Origin: Azolla caroliniana | Taxonomy: Eukaryota; Plantae; Polypodiophyta | DNA length: 64,000 nucleotides | Direction: 5' to 3' | NCBI GenBank assembly: GCA_043228905.1 | Contig: JBHGNT010000003.1 | Coordinates: 11,470,001-11,534,000 of the forward strand | Shown here: positions 13,357 to 24,668 of the stretch, in pieces | Numbering within the stretch: the first letter of the stretch is position 1 | Layout of the letters: each line of letters opens with the position of its first letter | Position numbers and translations under genes: made by a program | Notes under the pieces: generated by a model | The model's input: only the letters and a program-made list of their open reading frames with translations | The model's database searches: none | What the model was told of the DNA's origin: nothing

Positions 13357-15546
13357 TTAGTCAATACCTGGTTGTTGAGACTGAGAACAGGATGCTCGAG
13401 AAGTATCAATGTGCGCCAGGACGTCTTGAGCAAAACTATCCGTCTTCAAGGTTGCACGTATGTCATCGGTAATCCGTGAATCCATCGGGGTGTGAAAAAT
13501 TCGCGTCGTGTGCAATTGTGTTGGTCCCAAGATTACTTGCTTTTGATTATCAAATGTTGCATCACCAGGACGAGGTGCAAGATATGAACGTCGTGATAGT
13601 GCATCTGCTTTTCCTTGCTGCTTCCCTGGTCGAAATGTGATTTTAAAGTCGAAACGCGTGAGGAATTGCGCCCACCGAGCTTGCCGTCGATTTAGTACAT
13701 GAGCATTCTGAAAATAAGCAAGATTTTTATGATCGCTAAAGAGAATGACCTGATGTGGAGAGCCCTCTAAGAAATGCCGCCATTGCACAAATGAATCCAC
13801 GATGGCTAATAACTCCTTGTCATGTATTTCGTAGTTGATTTCTGCGACATCGAATTTGCGCGAATGGAAAGCTACCGGATGCAACTCTTCTTTATCTCCT
13901 TGTTGAGAAAGGATGCTACCGAGGGCGAAATCTGATGCGTCGGCCTCCATGATGAATGGTTTGCTTGTATCCACATGAGCTAGAATCGGTGTTGATGTAA
14001 AGGCTTTCTTAAGATGCCGAAAAGCCATATCTGCTTCGATGGACCAAAGAAATGCTTGGCCCTTCTTCGTAAGTTGTGTGAGAGGTAAAATAATCTTTGA
14101 GTAATCCTGTATAAACTTACGGTAGAAGTTAGCAAAACCTAGAAAACATTGTACATCTCGTACCGACCGTGGAATTTGCCACTTTAGTACAGTTTGGATT
14201 TTTGCTGGATCCATGGCGATGCCCTTTGAGGAGATGCCGTAGCGTAGAAATTCCACTTGCTTGCAGTCAAAGCTACATTTTTCTAGCTTGGCATAAAGAC
14301 CATTCTTGTGGAGTCGCTTTAGTACTAATAGTACAAGAGAATCGTGCTCTTCCTGGGTCTTCGAATAAATCAATAGATCATCCAGATAGATGATCAAATA
14401 GATATCCAAGAGGTCTCTGAATATATCATTTGCCATGTGTTGGAAGACTGCAGGTGCATTGGTTAGGCCGGATGGCATAATAGTATACTCGAAATGCCCA
14501 TACCGCGTGCGAAAGGCGGTCTTCCATTCATCTCCCGGTCGGATCCGCACGAGGTTATATGCTCCCCGTAGGTCGATTTTAGTAAAAAACTTGGCACCAT
14601 TAACTCCCTCTAAAAGGCTTGATATAAGAGGAAGTGCATACCTATTCCAGATGGTGACCTTATTCAATCCGTGGTAATCAACGACGAGACGAAGTGAGCC
14701 ATCTTTCTTCTTGACAAAGAAGATGGGTGCACCGGCCGGAGATTTCGAATGACGGATGAACCCGCTTGCCAAGTTCTCCTCTATGTAGGCTCGAAGGACT
14801 TCTAACTCGGTGGGTGACAAGTTGTAAATTGGTCTCCATGGTGGCTCGGTTCCTGGTTGTAAATCGATGGGACAGTCATAGGGACGGTGATGAGGAAGGG
14901 TACCGGCTTTTACCTTGTCAAATACATCGGCATAAGGATGATATTTTGCCGGAAGTTGTACTGAGGAGTCCTTCTTAGTAGTGCTGGAAGGATGTACTGA
15001 TATTGCAAATAGGAACATTGCCTCCTTGTGTCCTGCTTTGCGTAATTGATGGAGTGAAATGGTCGAAACTCGGTGAGTAGACTCTTGGGGTGGTCGATAT
15101 CGGACTTCTCTTGTTCTCCAATCTATGGCTGGATTATGTAATTCAAACCAAGGTAATCCTAGGACAATGGGATGCTCTGGACTACTAATTATATTAAATG
15201 ATATTACACACACAAAACTACCTAGGACAACTTGAATGGGTTCTGATTCTTCTACAATATTCCCGGAAGCAATGGGACGACCATCAATGACCACTACAGA
15301 TGCGGGACAAGGAAGTTTCCTTAGGGATATCTGAGAAGCTTGGGCAAAATTTCGATCCATAAAACAGGAATTAGCTCTGGAATCTAAGAGTGCTAGGACG
15401 GGTACTGGGGGAGTACTTTTAGTACTAACAATGACTTGGGCTAGGAACACATTGCTAACTTGCTTGGAAGGAATGGAACCACTAATGGGCTGTACAGATC
15501 TAGGGCTGCTGTCCAACCAAACGGCTCCTATTTTGGCTAGACTCAA
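13357..15546 (-). CDS. pol: Pol: protease, reverse transcriptase, RNase H (-1 frame relative to gag)
   Basis: ALLDS(R)A protease, IYLDDLLI RT, EADASDFALG/KELLAIV RNase H. Confidence 0.9.
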   Translation of the reverse strand: MSLAKIGAVWLDSSPRSVQPISGSIPSKQVSNVFLAQVIVSTKSTPPVPVLALLDSRANSCFMDRNFAQASQISLRKLPCPASVVVIDGRPIASGNIVEESEPIQVVLGSFVCVISFNIISSPEHPIVLGLPWFELHNPAIDWRTREVRYRPPQESTHRVSTISLHQLRKAGHKEAMFLFAISVHPSSTTKKDSSVQLPAKYHPYADVFDKVKAGTLPHHRPYDCPIDLQPGTEPPWRPIYNLSPTELEVLRAYIEENLASGFIRHSKSPAGAPIFFVKKKDGSLRLVVDYHGLNKVTIWNRYALPLISSLLEGVNGAKFFTKIDLRGAYNLVRIRPGDEWKTAFRTRYGHFEYTIMPSGLTNAPAVFQHMANDIFRDLLDIYLIIYLDDLLIYSKTQEEHDSLVLLVLKRLHKNGLYAKLEKCSFDCKQVEFLRYGISSKGIAMDPAKIQTVLKWQIPRSVRDVQCFLGFANFYRKFIQDYSKIILPLTQLTKKGQAFLWSIEADMAFRHLKKAFTSTPILAHVDTSKPFIMEADASDFALGSILSQQGDKEELHPVAFHSRKFDVAEINYEIHDKELLAIVDSFVQWRHFLEGSPHQVILFSDHKNLAYFQNAHVLNRRQARWAQFLTRFDFKITFRPGKQQGKADALSRRSYLAPRPGDATFDNQKQVILGPTQLHTTRIFHTPMDSRITDDIRATLKTDSFAQDVLAHIDTSRASCSQSQQPGID

Positions 15547-16745
15547 TCGTTTAACTCTTCATCTAATTGAGTCAGGATTTCAAATTTGTTTGAGATACTT
15601 GGGCTATTAGTACTATGAATAGTATCTGACACTCTATTAGTACTATTAATACTATCAGACACTCCGAAGGGAAGAATTGACTCGGGTTTAGTACAGGTGA
15701 CGATTTGATTTACCTGTCTTCTTGGCCTATGGGGACAATTGATGGCGATATGCCCTGGTCCACCACAATAAAGACATAATCTATTGGCACGTCGTCGTTG
15801 CTTTTCTTCTTCCGATAACGGGCCGCGTCGACGCATGGTGTCGATCTCCATCGGTGTAGGAATATTGGCTTGAGGTATATCGCGTGCAAACGGTTTAGCC
15901 GTGACTGAGGCGTATGTGGGTTCCGGCCGAGAGCGTGGTATTTGTAACTGACGTTCCAAACGCCGTTCGAAAAGGCGGTTGTCGCATCGGACCGCTCGAC
16001 TGATTGCCTCCGTAAGAGACTTTGGTTCTTCGGGGAAGGTTAAAAGCAAATCTTTGACATCATTGCGCAAGCCGTAGTGAAACTGCTCCATGAGGGCCTG
16101 ATCATCCCAGGGGATATCTGAGGCGAGTAGACGGAAATCCGCCGCGTAGGCAGAGGCTGGACGATCGCCTTGACGCAATCTTCGGATCTTGTTGATCGCC
16201 GTCCTGATGCTATCGGTATCTCCAAAGCAGGCTTTAAACTCACCAATAAAATCTTCAAAGTTATTAAGCAAGGGCGATTGTTTTTCTAGAAGCGGAGCGA
16301 ACCATGCCAAGGTTGAGCCGCTAAGTAACGTGCCTATTAGGCCGACTCGAGTTGCATGAATGGGATATCGGGAAGGATGCATCTGGATGACTAAGCATAC
16401 CTGATTAAGGAATCCCCGGAATTGCGATCGCGTTCCATCAAATTTCACAGGAAGTCCAATCTTGGGCTCTTTATGAAATCCTTGGGGACTTGATCCTTGT
16501 TGTTGCAACACTGCTTCGAGTTGTTGTACTCGTAACGCTAACTCCCCATGTTGTTGTTGCGTTTGTTGTTTTTCGAGAGCGATTTGTTGCAGATCCCCTA
16601 TCAACCGTTGGTTTTCTTGTTCCAGGGCAACAAACTTTTCTTTTAGGCATTGTAACTCAGAGAAAACGGATTGATATTCTTGGGCGCTAACAGTAGCCAT
16701 AGTATAGGGAAAAGGGTAGGAGGATGAGGGAGAACGACAAGCCAA
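15543..16745 (-). CDS. gag: Gag with CCHC zinc knuckle (probable ATG at 16700)
   Basis: Coiled coil, P.KFDG capsid motif, PTPMEID, CLYCGGPGHIAINC. Confidence 0.9.
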   Translation of the reverse strand: MACRSPSSSYPFPYTMATVSAQEYQSVFSELQCLKEKFVALEQENQRLIGDLQQIALEKQQTQQQHGELALRVQQLEAVLQQQGSSPQGFHKEPKIGLPVKFDGTRSQFRGFLNQVCLVIQMHPSRYPIHATRVGLIGTLLSGSTLAWFAPLLEKQSPLLNNFEDFIGEFKACFGDTDSIRTAINKIRRLRQGDRPASAYAADFRLLASDIPWDDQALMEQFHYGLRNDVKDLLLTFPEEPKSLTEAISRAVRCDNRLFERRLERQLQIPRSRPEPTYASVTAKPFARDIPQANIPTPMEIDTMRRRGPLSEEEKQRRRANRLCLYCGGPGHIAINCPHRPRRQVNQIVTCTKPESILPFGVSDSINSTNRVSDTIHSTNSPSISNKFEILTQLDEELND

Positions 16746-17321
16746 ATTGGTTCAAACTGTCAGGAATAGTACTAAAGCAGAGATGGAATTAGTACTAAGA
16801 AGAGCAATACTATTAGTACTAAGAGGACGGGACTGCGTAAGATTCCCGAGAGAGGAAGTGAGAAGAGGAGAGAGAGAGATAGCGAGGATGAGAGAGAGAG
16901 AAAGATGATGACAGCAGCTAATATATTATGTGAAAAGATAAGTACAAGCGGTTAAGAGGCTTAAGACTGGCGTTGAACCAATTTGGTTCAAAACAATGCC
17001 TTGTGCCTCCTTTTATAGTGTTTTTAGGAATAATCCTGAAACTTCTAGAATGTTCCAAAGAGATCTGGAATATACATCAATTTTCTATGATAAAGCATAA
17101 ATGAAAATAATATCCTACAAATTACAATTCATAGTCTAATGGTAAGAGCTCGACCCATGTAACATAAGGTCATGGGTTCGAGTCTTGCCATATCATGACA
17201 CTATCTCCTCAATCATGTCGGCCTCACACTTTTTATCTCCCTTGGTCATGCAAGCTTTGCTCATGCTTGCACCTTCATCACTTGATGTTTCAAACATGAT
17301 GCATGTTCCGAAACATTTGTC

Positions 17322-18029
17322 CTAGCTTGAAGTGACATTCACCACCCTCGATTCATTGGTTTCATTTTTCATCATTGTTTCTTTCCAAGACGAGAAGGCA
17401 TCTTGTTCCACATCTTCTCCCGTGGTGCTGTCGTACCGAACTCGAGCCTTCATATTGACCGTATCATTACTCCACCTTTGTTGGGAAGTTTCTTCTTCCT
17501 TGATAACCATTTTAATTGGTTTTGGTTCCATTATAAGATTCTCTTTGGCCTCGACTTGCACCTTTAAATTCTCATATGCCTCGTTTATGAAGGCCTCTAT
17601 GTCGAGTACCATCGAACCTTCCCTCTTCAAGCTCTCTTCTTTAGGTGGTAGTTTGTAGTTTCTTCCCGTCCTCCTTTCACCATCCGTCATGGGTTGTGTT
17701 GTTGCCGATGAGAATCTTGTCTTCCTCTTATCGTGTAGTTGACATTCTCTTTCCACTTTCATCCAATCCTCGGTGAGGCCATTTGCACCATCATCACCCT
17801 CAAGTCGGATTCCAATGGTCTTCCTTTCCTTCCGATTGATTGACTTCATGAACATTAGGATTTTTTCTTCCCCCACCAATCTTTGATCTCGCTTCGAGAG
17901 TTGTCCAAAGTGACACTCGAACTCAACGAAAACATGCATGGCACTTTGGTGGGTCTTTAATGATGATACCCATTGGCCGAACTCGTATAGACTGCATCTC
18001 TTTGGCTCTTTGTATCTATATGCCTCCAT
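17322..18029 (-). pseudogene. N-terminally deleted gag-like ORF of family B (degenerate continuation at 10709-11488)
   Basis: Homologous to the ORF from 63128 (FVKSIDRKER..IGIELEDD.G.NGLTEDW). Confidence 0.7.
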
Positions 18030-18054
18030 GAGATATCCTCCTACTGCCTCGTTT

Positions 18055-18070
18055 CACGTCGGGTTCACCA
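18055..18070 (-). promoter_or_regulatory. Primer binding site, tRNA-Trp
   Basis: Minus strand TGGTGAACCCGACGTG is complementary to the 3' end of plant cytosolic tRNA-Trp (...CACGTCGGGTTCACCA). Confidence 0.8.
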
Positions 18071-18074
18071 AAGA

Positions 18075-19872
18075 TGTCGCGAAAATACCACGAGGACACG
18101 TGAACTTGAGGCAGGACCCCGGGGCCTCCCGCCAGAGGATATCACCCTGCCGCCTCGTTTCACGTTGGGTTCACCAAAGATGTCGCGAAAATACCATGAG
18201 GACACGTGAACTTGAGGCAAGACCCCGAGGCCTTCCACCAGAGGATATCACCCTGCTGCCTCGTTTCACGTTAGGTTCACCAAAGATGTCGCGAAAATAC
18301 GACAAGGATACATGAACTTGAGGCAGAACCCCGGGGCCTCCGACCAGAGAATATCAAATTCGTGTTTTTATGTATTAAGAATTAACCGAAATAAGAAAGA
18401 TTGACAAATTTCACTAACAAACAGAAAGAAAGATTACAATTAATCCCAAGATTGGGATTACAAAAAGTTTGCTAAAGGAGATTGCTAGAGTAATAGATTA
18501 GAAGTATTTGAGATATGGATTCGATAGAAAATTAGGGTTTTTTGGCTTTGATGAGAGATTATGGTTTATGAGTTCCATAGCTTCCGTATGGAAAATTTGG
18601 AATTATGAGTGATAGATCCCCTAAGAAAATTTGGATTCTTCCATTTTGTTTCTCACCCATACACTTGCATGAACGAACTTCAGATTGCATCTCCCATCCC
18701 TTTGCATGCATTCCACATGGCGTTTTTACTTTAGTTGCATGATCTCTCCACATTTTCTTTTCATGCCTTCCATATGATCTTTACTTTATGCATGCTCTCC
18801 AACATTAGTTGCATGCGTCCACATGGCCTTTACTTTAGTTTTCTTTACTTTACTTTAATTCGCCGCATGATCCAATCCGTCCGGTCCGCGTCCAGCCTCG
18901 TCCGGTCGTCGGTTCCATCTGATCACTGGTTCCCAGTTCCCGGTTGCAGGCTTCGCCCAATTTCCGGCTCCATTCGATTGCCGGATTCGCCTGTTCTGGT
19001 TTGATTGCGAACCGGTTCCGGTTTGATGACCGATCAGTTTCGGTTTGATTGCCGAGCGGTTCCGATTTGATTGCCGACTGGTTTCGGTATGTTTTCAGGC
19101 CGGTTCCAGTTTGCTTACCGACCGACCTTTACTTTAGTTTTCTTTACTTTACTTTAATTCGCCGCATGATCCAATCCGTCTGGTCCGCATCTAGCCTCGT
19201 CTGGTCATCGGTTCCATCCGATTACTGGTTCCCGGTTGCAGGCTCCGCCCAGCTTCCAGCTCCATTCGATTGCCGGTTTCGCCAGTTCTGGTTTGATTGC
19301 GAACCGGTTCCGGTTTGATGACCGATCAGTTTCGGTTTGATTGCTGATTAGTTCCGATTTTATTGCCGACTACTTCCGGTATGTTTTTGGGCCGGTTCCG
19401 GTTTGCTTACCGACCGGTTTCGGTTTGATTTCCGTCCGGTTCCAATTTGGTTCTGAATTGATTTCCGGCCAGTTCTGGATTGGTTTCCGGCCAATTCCGG
19501 TTCCATTACCGACTGGTTCCATTTTATTGCCAATCGGTTTTTGAGAAATTGGCCACATTCATCCATCTAGACAAAGTGACCAAAGTGCTCTTAGAACAAA
19601 TGAAAAATGAGGGATCTCAATGTGCTTATATAGCCAGGGCCTTAGTTTCCTATCTATGTGGGATAAATCATAGTTCTATTTTCTTTATCTTCTTAAACTT
19701 TATGTTGTCATAACTTGATATGTAGTTGTCCATTTTGTATGTTGTAAAATGCATTTTGAAGCTCTTCAGTACATACATCTTTCTATAACAAGCTATTAAT
19801 CTAATCTAAAATAATTATTTCATTATTATTTTTTACATAGTTTTCATATCGTGTGTGAAAAACCACACGACA
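18075..19872 (-). repeat. 5' LTR of family B
   Basis: Direct repeat of 9182-10576 with an extra 106-bp unit and a ~300-bp internal duplication. Confidence 0.9.
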
Positions 19873-20286
19873 ACGTAAAGCATTGAAAGAGCGTTGCTTA
19901 GTGGCTGGCTTTGGACGCCTTTACAAGCAAAAGACGAATCTCTGCATGCCAGCTTATTATCTTGCAATGTTATTGGTGCTAGGTAAGGAGTTTCAGTATT
20001 GGGCATCACTTTCGAAATATCTCGAGTAATGGGTTCATGTGAGTGCATGAACAATCCAACTGCTCTACTAGGTTGCTTCCTGCGTTGTTTCGCAGCGTGC
20101 TCCCCTTTGGTGGCACGACACGGCATGCGCGCACTTGTCTTCCTGCATTCTGTTCGCTGAGCGCAAAGCGTCGACAAAGAAAGCAACTACCTTTTCATTA
20201 TTATACTGTAATCCAAACGCAAACAAAAAAACCGCCATGAATATCAAGAACTGAACAAGAAGCCACAACAAAATCAAGTCAAGTCT

Positions 20287-20570
20287 ACAAAAGCTTAATC
20301 TGTTTGTTTTTCATAAAAAATTGGATACAAAGTCAGTACTAACCCATAAGGCTCTGTTTCAGATTCAAAACTAGCGTTCAACTATTGAGATTTGACTCTA
20401 GGTCACGCCTTCATTTTGTGTTTTCCGCTTGAAACATAATATTGCTCGTTGTACCGAAACGGATCCGTGAAAATTTTTTAATCCGCTGTTAGCGTAAAAA
20501 ATTGTAAACAAGGGGGTATAAAATATTGAAATGAAATTATACGTAGAAAACAAGGAGAAAATAAACAAAT
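20287..20570 (+). pseudogene. rpl6: Mitochondrial rpl6 NUMT
   Basis: IGYKVSTNP*GSV...EI*L*VTPS...GIKY*NEIIRRKQG matches the short mitochondrial uL6 of non-seed plants. Confidence 0.75.
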
Positions 20571-20571
20571 T

Positions 20572-20733
20572 GTGTCATATATTCCAGGAACCAATACATC
20601 AAACTTGCCTCAACCTAAATCTCTAGAACTGGACCCGAAAAAGCCACTTGGGTTTGTGATTAATTAGGTCTCAACGATAACACTAAGGTTAGTAATCCGA
20701 CTCAACACTAAATTGACCAGATTAGCATAATAG
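20572..20733 (+). pseudogene. rps13: Mitochondrial rps13 NUMT, 5' half (split by copia insertion)
   Basis: SYIPGTN...GPEKATWVCD*LGLNDNTKV...IDQI. Confidence 0.75.
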
Positions 20734-20965
20734 TGTGTGGAAATAACTCTCGGCCACAATCAAGTCTTCAACAAGGAATAGAAGAGAACAAACTGAAAAC
20801 TAGATGCCACATGATGTTTACATGGAAAACCCTAAAACATGAAGAAAACCACGGGAGCCCACCGATTCCAACTATCACTATGAGAGGAGGAATACAATGT
20901 GAGCCTTAGAGGCAACGACTTCGAGCTCTATCTCTTCGTCAAACCGGCATTTACAACAGAAACTA

Positions 20966-21014
<49 letters not shown>

Positions 21015-21309
21015 GCAACAACTCTATCAACACTCTGTCACATCATCACTAAAGTGATTGCCCTAAGTCATATTTATACATATATGACTTTTGGGCTATT
21101 TGCAAATATAGCCTCAGTGGGCTTATCCTAACATATTTACAAATATGTCATTGGATCCGGTTCGCACCGGATCCATCCGGATTCACTGGTTCTGGTTTCC
21201 GGATCTTATCCGAAACCCTTCCGAATCCGGCTTCTTCATCTAGCTCATCCAGTTCTCATCTGGATCCCATTCGGAGGGGGACCGAATTCCCAACAACTCC
21301 CCCTTCACT

Positions 21310-24181
21310 CCGGCATGGGATTTCTCGTTAATCTGATTCGTCTTCGACACCGTCCAACTTATCGGTTGAAAGCACCTTGGTCATCATATCCGATATGTTC
21401 TCCTTTGTGTGGATCTTCGTCATCACGAAGTCTTGATCTTCTACCTTCTCCCGGAGCTAGTGATATCTCCTCTGGATGTGCTTGGTCCAGGAATGGTAGG
21501 TCGCATTCTTCGCAAGGTGGATGGCACTTTGACTATCGCAGTAGAGCTAATATTGCTCATCTCAGATTCCTAGCTCTCCGATGAATTCCTTCATCCATAT
21601 TACTTCCTTGCCGGCTTCCACAACTGCCATATACTCCGCTTCCATTGTTGATAGGGCAACGGACTTTTGCAGCCTCAACTGCCATGATACAGCTCCCCCT
21701 ACATAAGTCATGACATATCCGGATATAAACCGGCCGGTATCCGTATCAGTCGATATATCCGAATCCGTGAATCCGTCAAGTTGGGGTTTACCGGAGCCAA
21801 ACTGGAGGCACATACTTGAAGTGCATTTCAGATACCGGAGTATCTACTTGACCGTGTTCCAGTGCTCTCTTCCTGGATTGCTCATGAAATGAATGACTAC
21901 TCTGACAACATATGCTATATCTGGCCGGGTGCACACGATTGCATACATTAGGCTTCTAATGGCTAAGGCGTATGGTATCTTCGTCATATCCGACTTCTCT
22001 ACCTTTGTCTTTAGGCTCTGCTTTCCGGACAACTTACAGTTTACCGGAAGTGTCGATCTGACCGGTTTCGCCTTCGACATGTTGAACCGTTGAAGCACCT
22101 TTGTCACATACTTCTCCTGTGACAGCCACAACAATTTCCTCAACCGGTCCCGGATGATGTGCATCCCCAAAATCTGTCTTGCCGGACCCAAGTCTTTCAT
22201 TGAGAAGGTCCGGTTTAGAGCGTTCTTCATCATTCTTATCTTGACTTGGTCTCGTCCGACCATGAACAATTCAGGAAATCTCCTTTGCCAAATTTCTGCA
22301 CAAACATGCAGTCTTGTGGTACCCTTGATCCGTCATGAAGGAGTCGAACTTCCGATACCATTGCCAGGGGGCTTGGTTCAATCCGTATAAGCTCTTCTTT
22401 AGCAGGCATACCAAGTGCTCCTTTCCTTTCCTCTCAAAACCTTCCGGTTGATGCATGTAGATCTCTTCTTTGAGGTCGCCATGTAGGAATGTTGTCTTGA
22501 CGTCTAGTTGCTCTACCTCGAGGTCCATGCTTGCCGCTATGCCCAATACCATCCGGATGGATGTCATCTTTACTACTGGGGCAAAGATCTCGTCGAAATC
22601 CACTCATTTCTTCTACTGGAACCCCTTGACTACGATCAGGGCTTCGTATCTTGGTGGATTTCCGGCGTCTCCTAGTTTCAACTCGTACACCCACTTGTTC
22701 CGGAGTGCCCTCTTTCCTTTCGGCAACTCTGTCAGTTTGTATCTGTTGTTCTCATGTAGGGAATCCATCTCGTCTTGCATGGCACTCAACCACTTGCGGT
22801 TGTGAATGTATTTCTTTGCATCTTCGAAGCTCTCTAGCTCCCCCTCATCGGTCAACAATACGTACTCTGCATCTGGAAATCTCCGGGTGGCTTTTCTCTC
22901 CCTTTGCAGATATCTCCGACCTTGGTCTTCGACAACCGGTTCTTCCATCTGATCGTCATCCTCATCTGTTTCGGGGACTTGTCCGGTTCCGATTTCAGCT
23001 TCCTCTTCTTCTTCTTTGGTCGGTTCGGTTTCGGCTCCGAATCCGGCCGGTTCTTCGAGTGTCATCCGGCTTCCAGCTGGATGGGTCCTCAACTCCTTCA
23101 TCTGATCTTTGTTTGTCGACCCGGAATTCATTATCTTCTTCTTTGACACCCAGTTGGCAATGGTCTTATCCTCCATGAAGATAATGTCCCAACTCTAGAA
23201 GACCTTCTTGTCGACCAAGTCTCACACTTGGTAGCGAAACTCGTTGTCGCCATATCCGAGGAATGTGCATGGCTTGGACTTCGGATCCAGCTTTGCTCTC
23301 TTGTCCTTTGCAACATGCACATATGCGAGACACCCAAATACCTTCAGATGCCAGTAAGACACGTCTTTACCGATGCATACTCTCTGTGGTGTGTCTCCTT
23401 CCAAGGGTGCCGAGGGTGACCTGTTAATCACGTACGTTGCCGTCATCAACACCTCAACCCAAAACGTCTTGGGTAGCTTTGCATGTGCCAGCATGGTCCG
23501 GACTCTCTCCATTATGGTCTAGTTCATCCGTTCGGTCAGCCCATTCAATTCCGGCGTCTTCGGCACGGTGACTTTGAGCTGGATTCCCTTCGACCGATAG
23601 TATTCCTCGAACTTCCCCCGATATTCTCCTCCATTATCTGCTTGAACCGCCTTCCACTTCCTGTCGGTTTTTGTTTCCAGTCTGGTCCTTCCTCTTCAAC
23701 GGTGAGACCCACAACTTCCGGCTATGGTCATCTATGAACATCACAAAGTACCGCGATTTGGCATGTGACTTCGTGTCCACTTGACACACATCGGTATGCA
23801 CCAGCTTCAATGGTGCATTCCATCTCATCGGTTGTCTTGACCGGAAGGAGGTTCTCTGGCACATATGACACCGTCTCTTGTGCCACAGCTCACCAGCAGT
23901 GCCGAATGTTACGATGACTTCAGCCCGGCATACACGGGCATGCATCAGGTACAATCTGTTGATCTTCCGGGATAAACCCACAATCAGGCTTCGTTTGCTG
24001 AATTTCATGACTCCGTTCCGGATGCTACCTGTGTAGCCTTCATCATCTAGCCCACCAGCTGATATCAGGTTCAACCGAACCTCCGGAACGTGTCAGACTT
24101 CTTTCAACGACAATTTGCATCCGGTTGATGTTGTCAACAACACATCTCCTATGCTGACAATTCGGCATGTACCTTCATTCC
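21310..24181 (-). pseudogene. Copia pol remnants (INT, RT, RNase H)
   Basis: LVHTDVC..FIDD, FAPVVKMTSIR, QLDVKTTFLHG, LKKSLYGL, VALSTMEAEY. Confidence 0.9.
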
Positions 24182-24668
24182 TGTTACCGGCCGGCGAAGG
24201 AGTCTAGAGTGGGAAACGGAGAGTTATTTAAGTAGTAGGAATGTGGTTGTAATTAAGCTATGAGTGTGGACGGACGGACCGGAATCGGTATGCCGTTCCG
24301 GATCCGGACCGATCCCGAACAAGTGCTGATGGCACCGTTTTGTAATACAGACTGGAAACCTATTTAAAGGCCCAGATACAATGTAATGAATAGCGGTTAA
24401 TTAATAAAAGCTTAGCGATGTTATCTCTCTGTGTTAATTGCCGTTCTGTCTTAATTGTTATATCTTACGCGTGTGATTATGAAAGACGATCATGCTAAGT
24501 AACTTAATTAAGTCGGATTAAGCGTTAAGTCTAATCTGGTTGCCGTAACACCCTTTGGTGAAGTGTCTTCTGTAGACACCCTGTGTTAGGCCATTGTCCG
24601 GCCCAAAGAGTTAACACAGTTTTTGGTGACCACGATTCCTGTTTTTGCAACGAACGACGACACGGATG

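Larger units (their letters stand above)
11520..17200 (-). mobile_element. Full-length Ty3/gypsy chromovirus (Tcn1/Tf1-like)
   Basis: 443-bp LTRs at 11520-11962 and 16758-17200 with about 10 differences by eye. TSD ctaac/ctatc, PPT 11963-11978, domain order gag-PR-RT-RH-INT-chromodomain. Confidence 0.95.
9182..19872 (-). mobile_element. Non-autonomous gypsy-type LTR element (family B, tRNA-Trp primed) hosting a nested chromovirus
   Basis: LTRs 9182-10576 and 18075-19872 with TGTCG...CGACA ends. 4-bp TSD ACGT (9178-9181, 19873-19876). Purine tract at 10577-10600. Only a gag-like remnant inside, no pol of its own. Confidence 0.85.
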
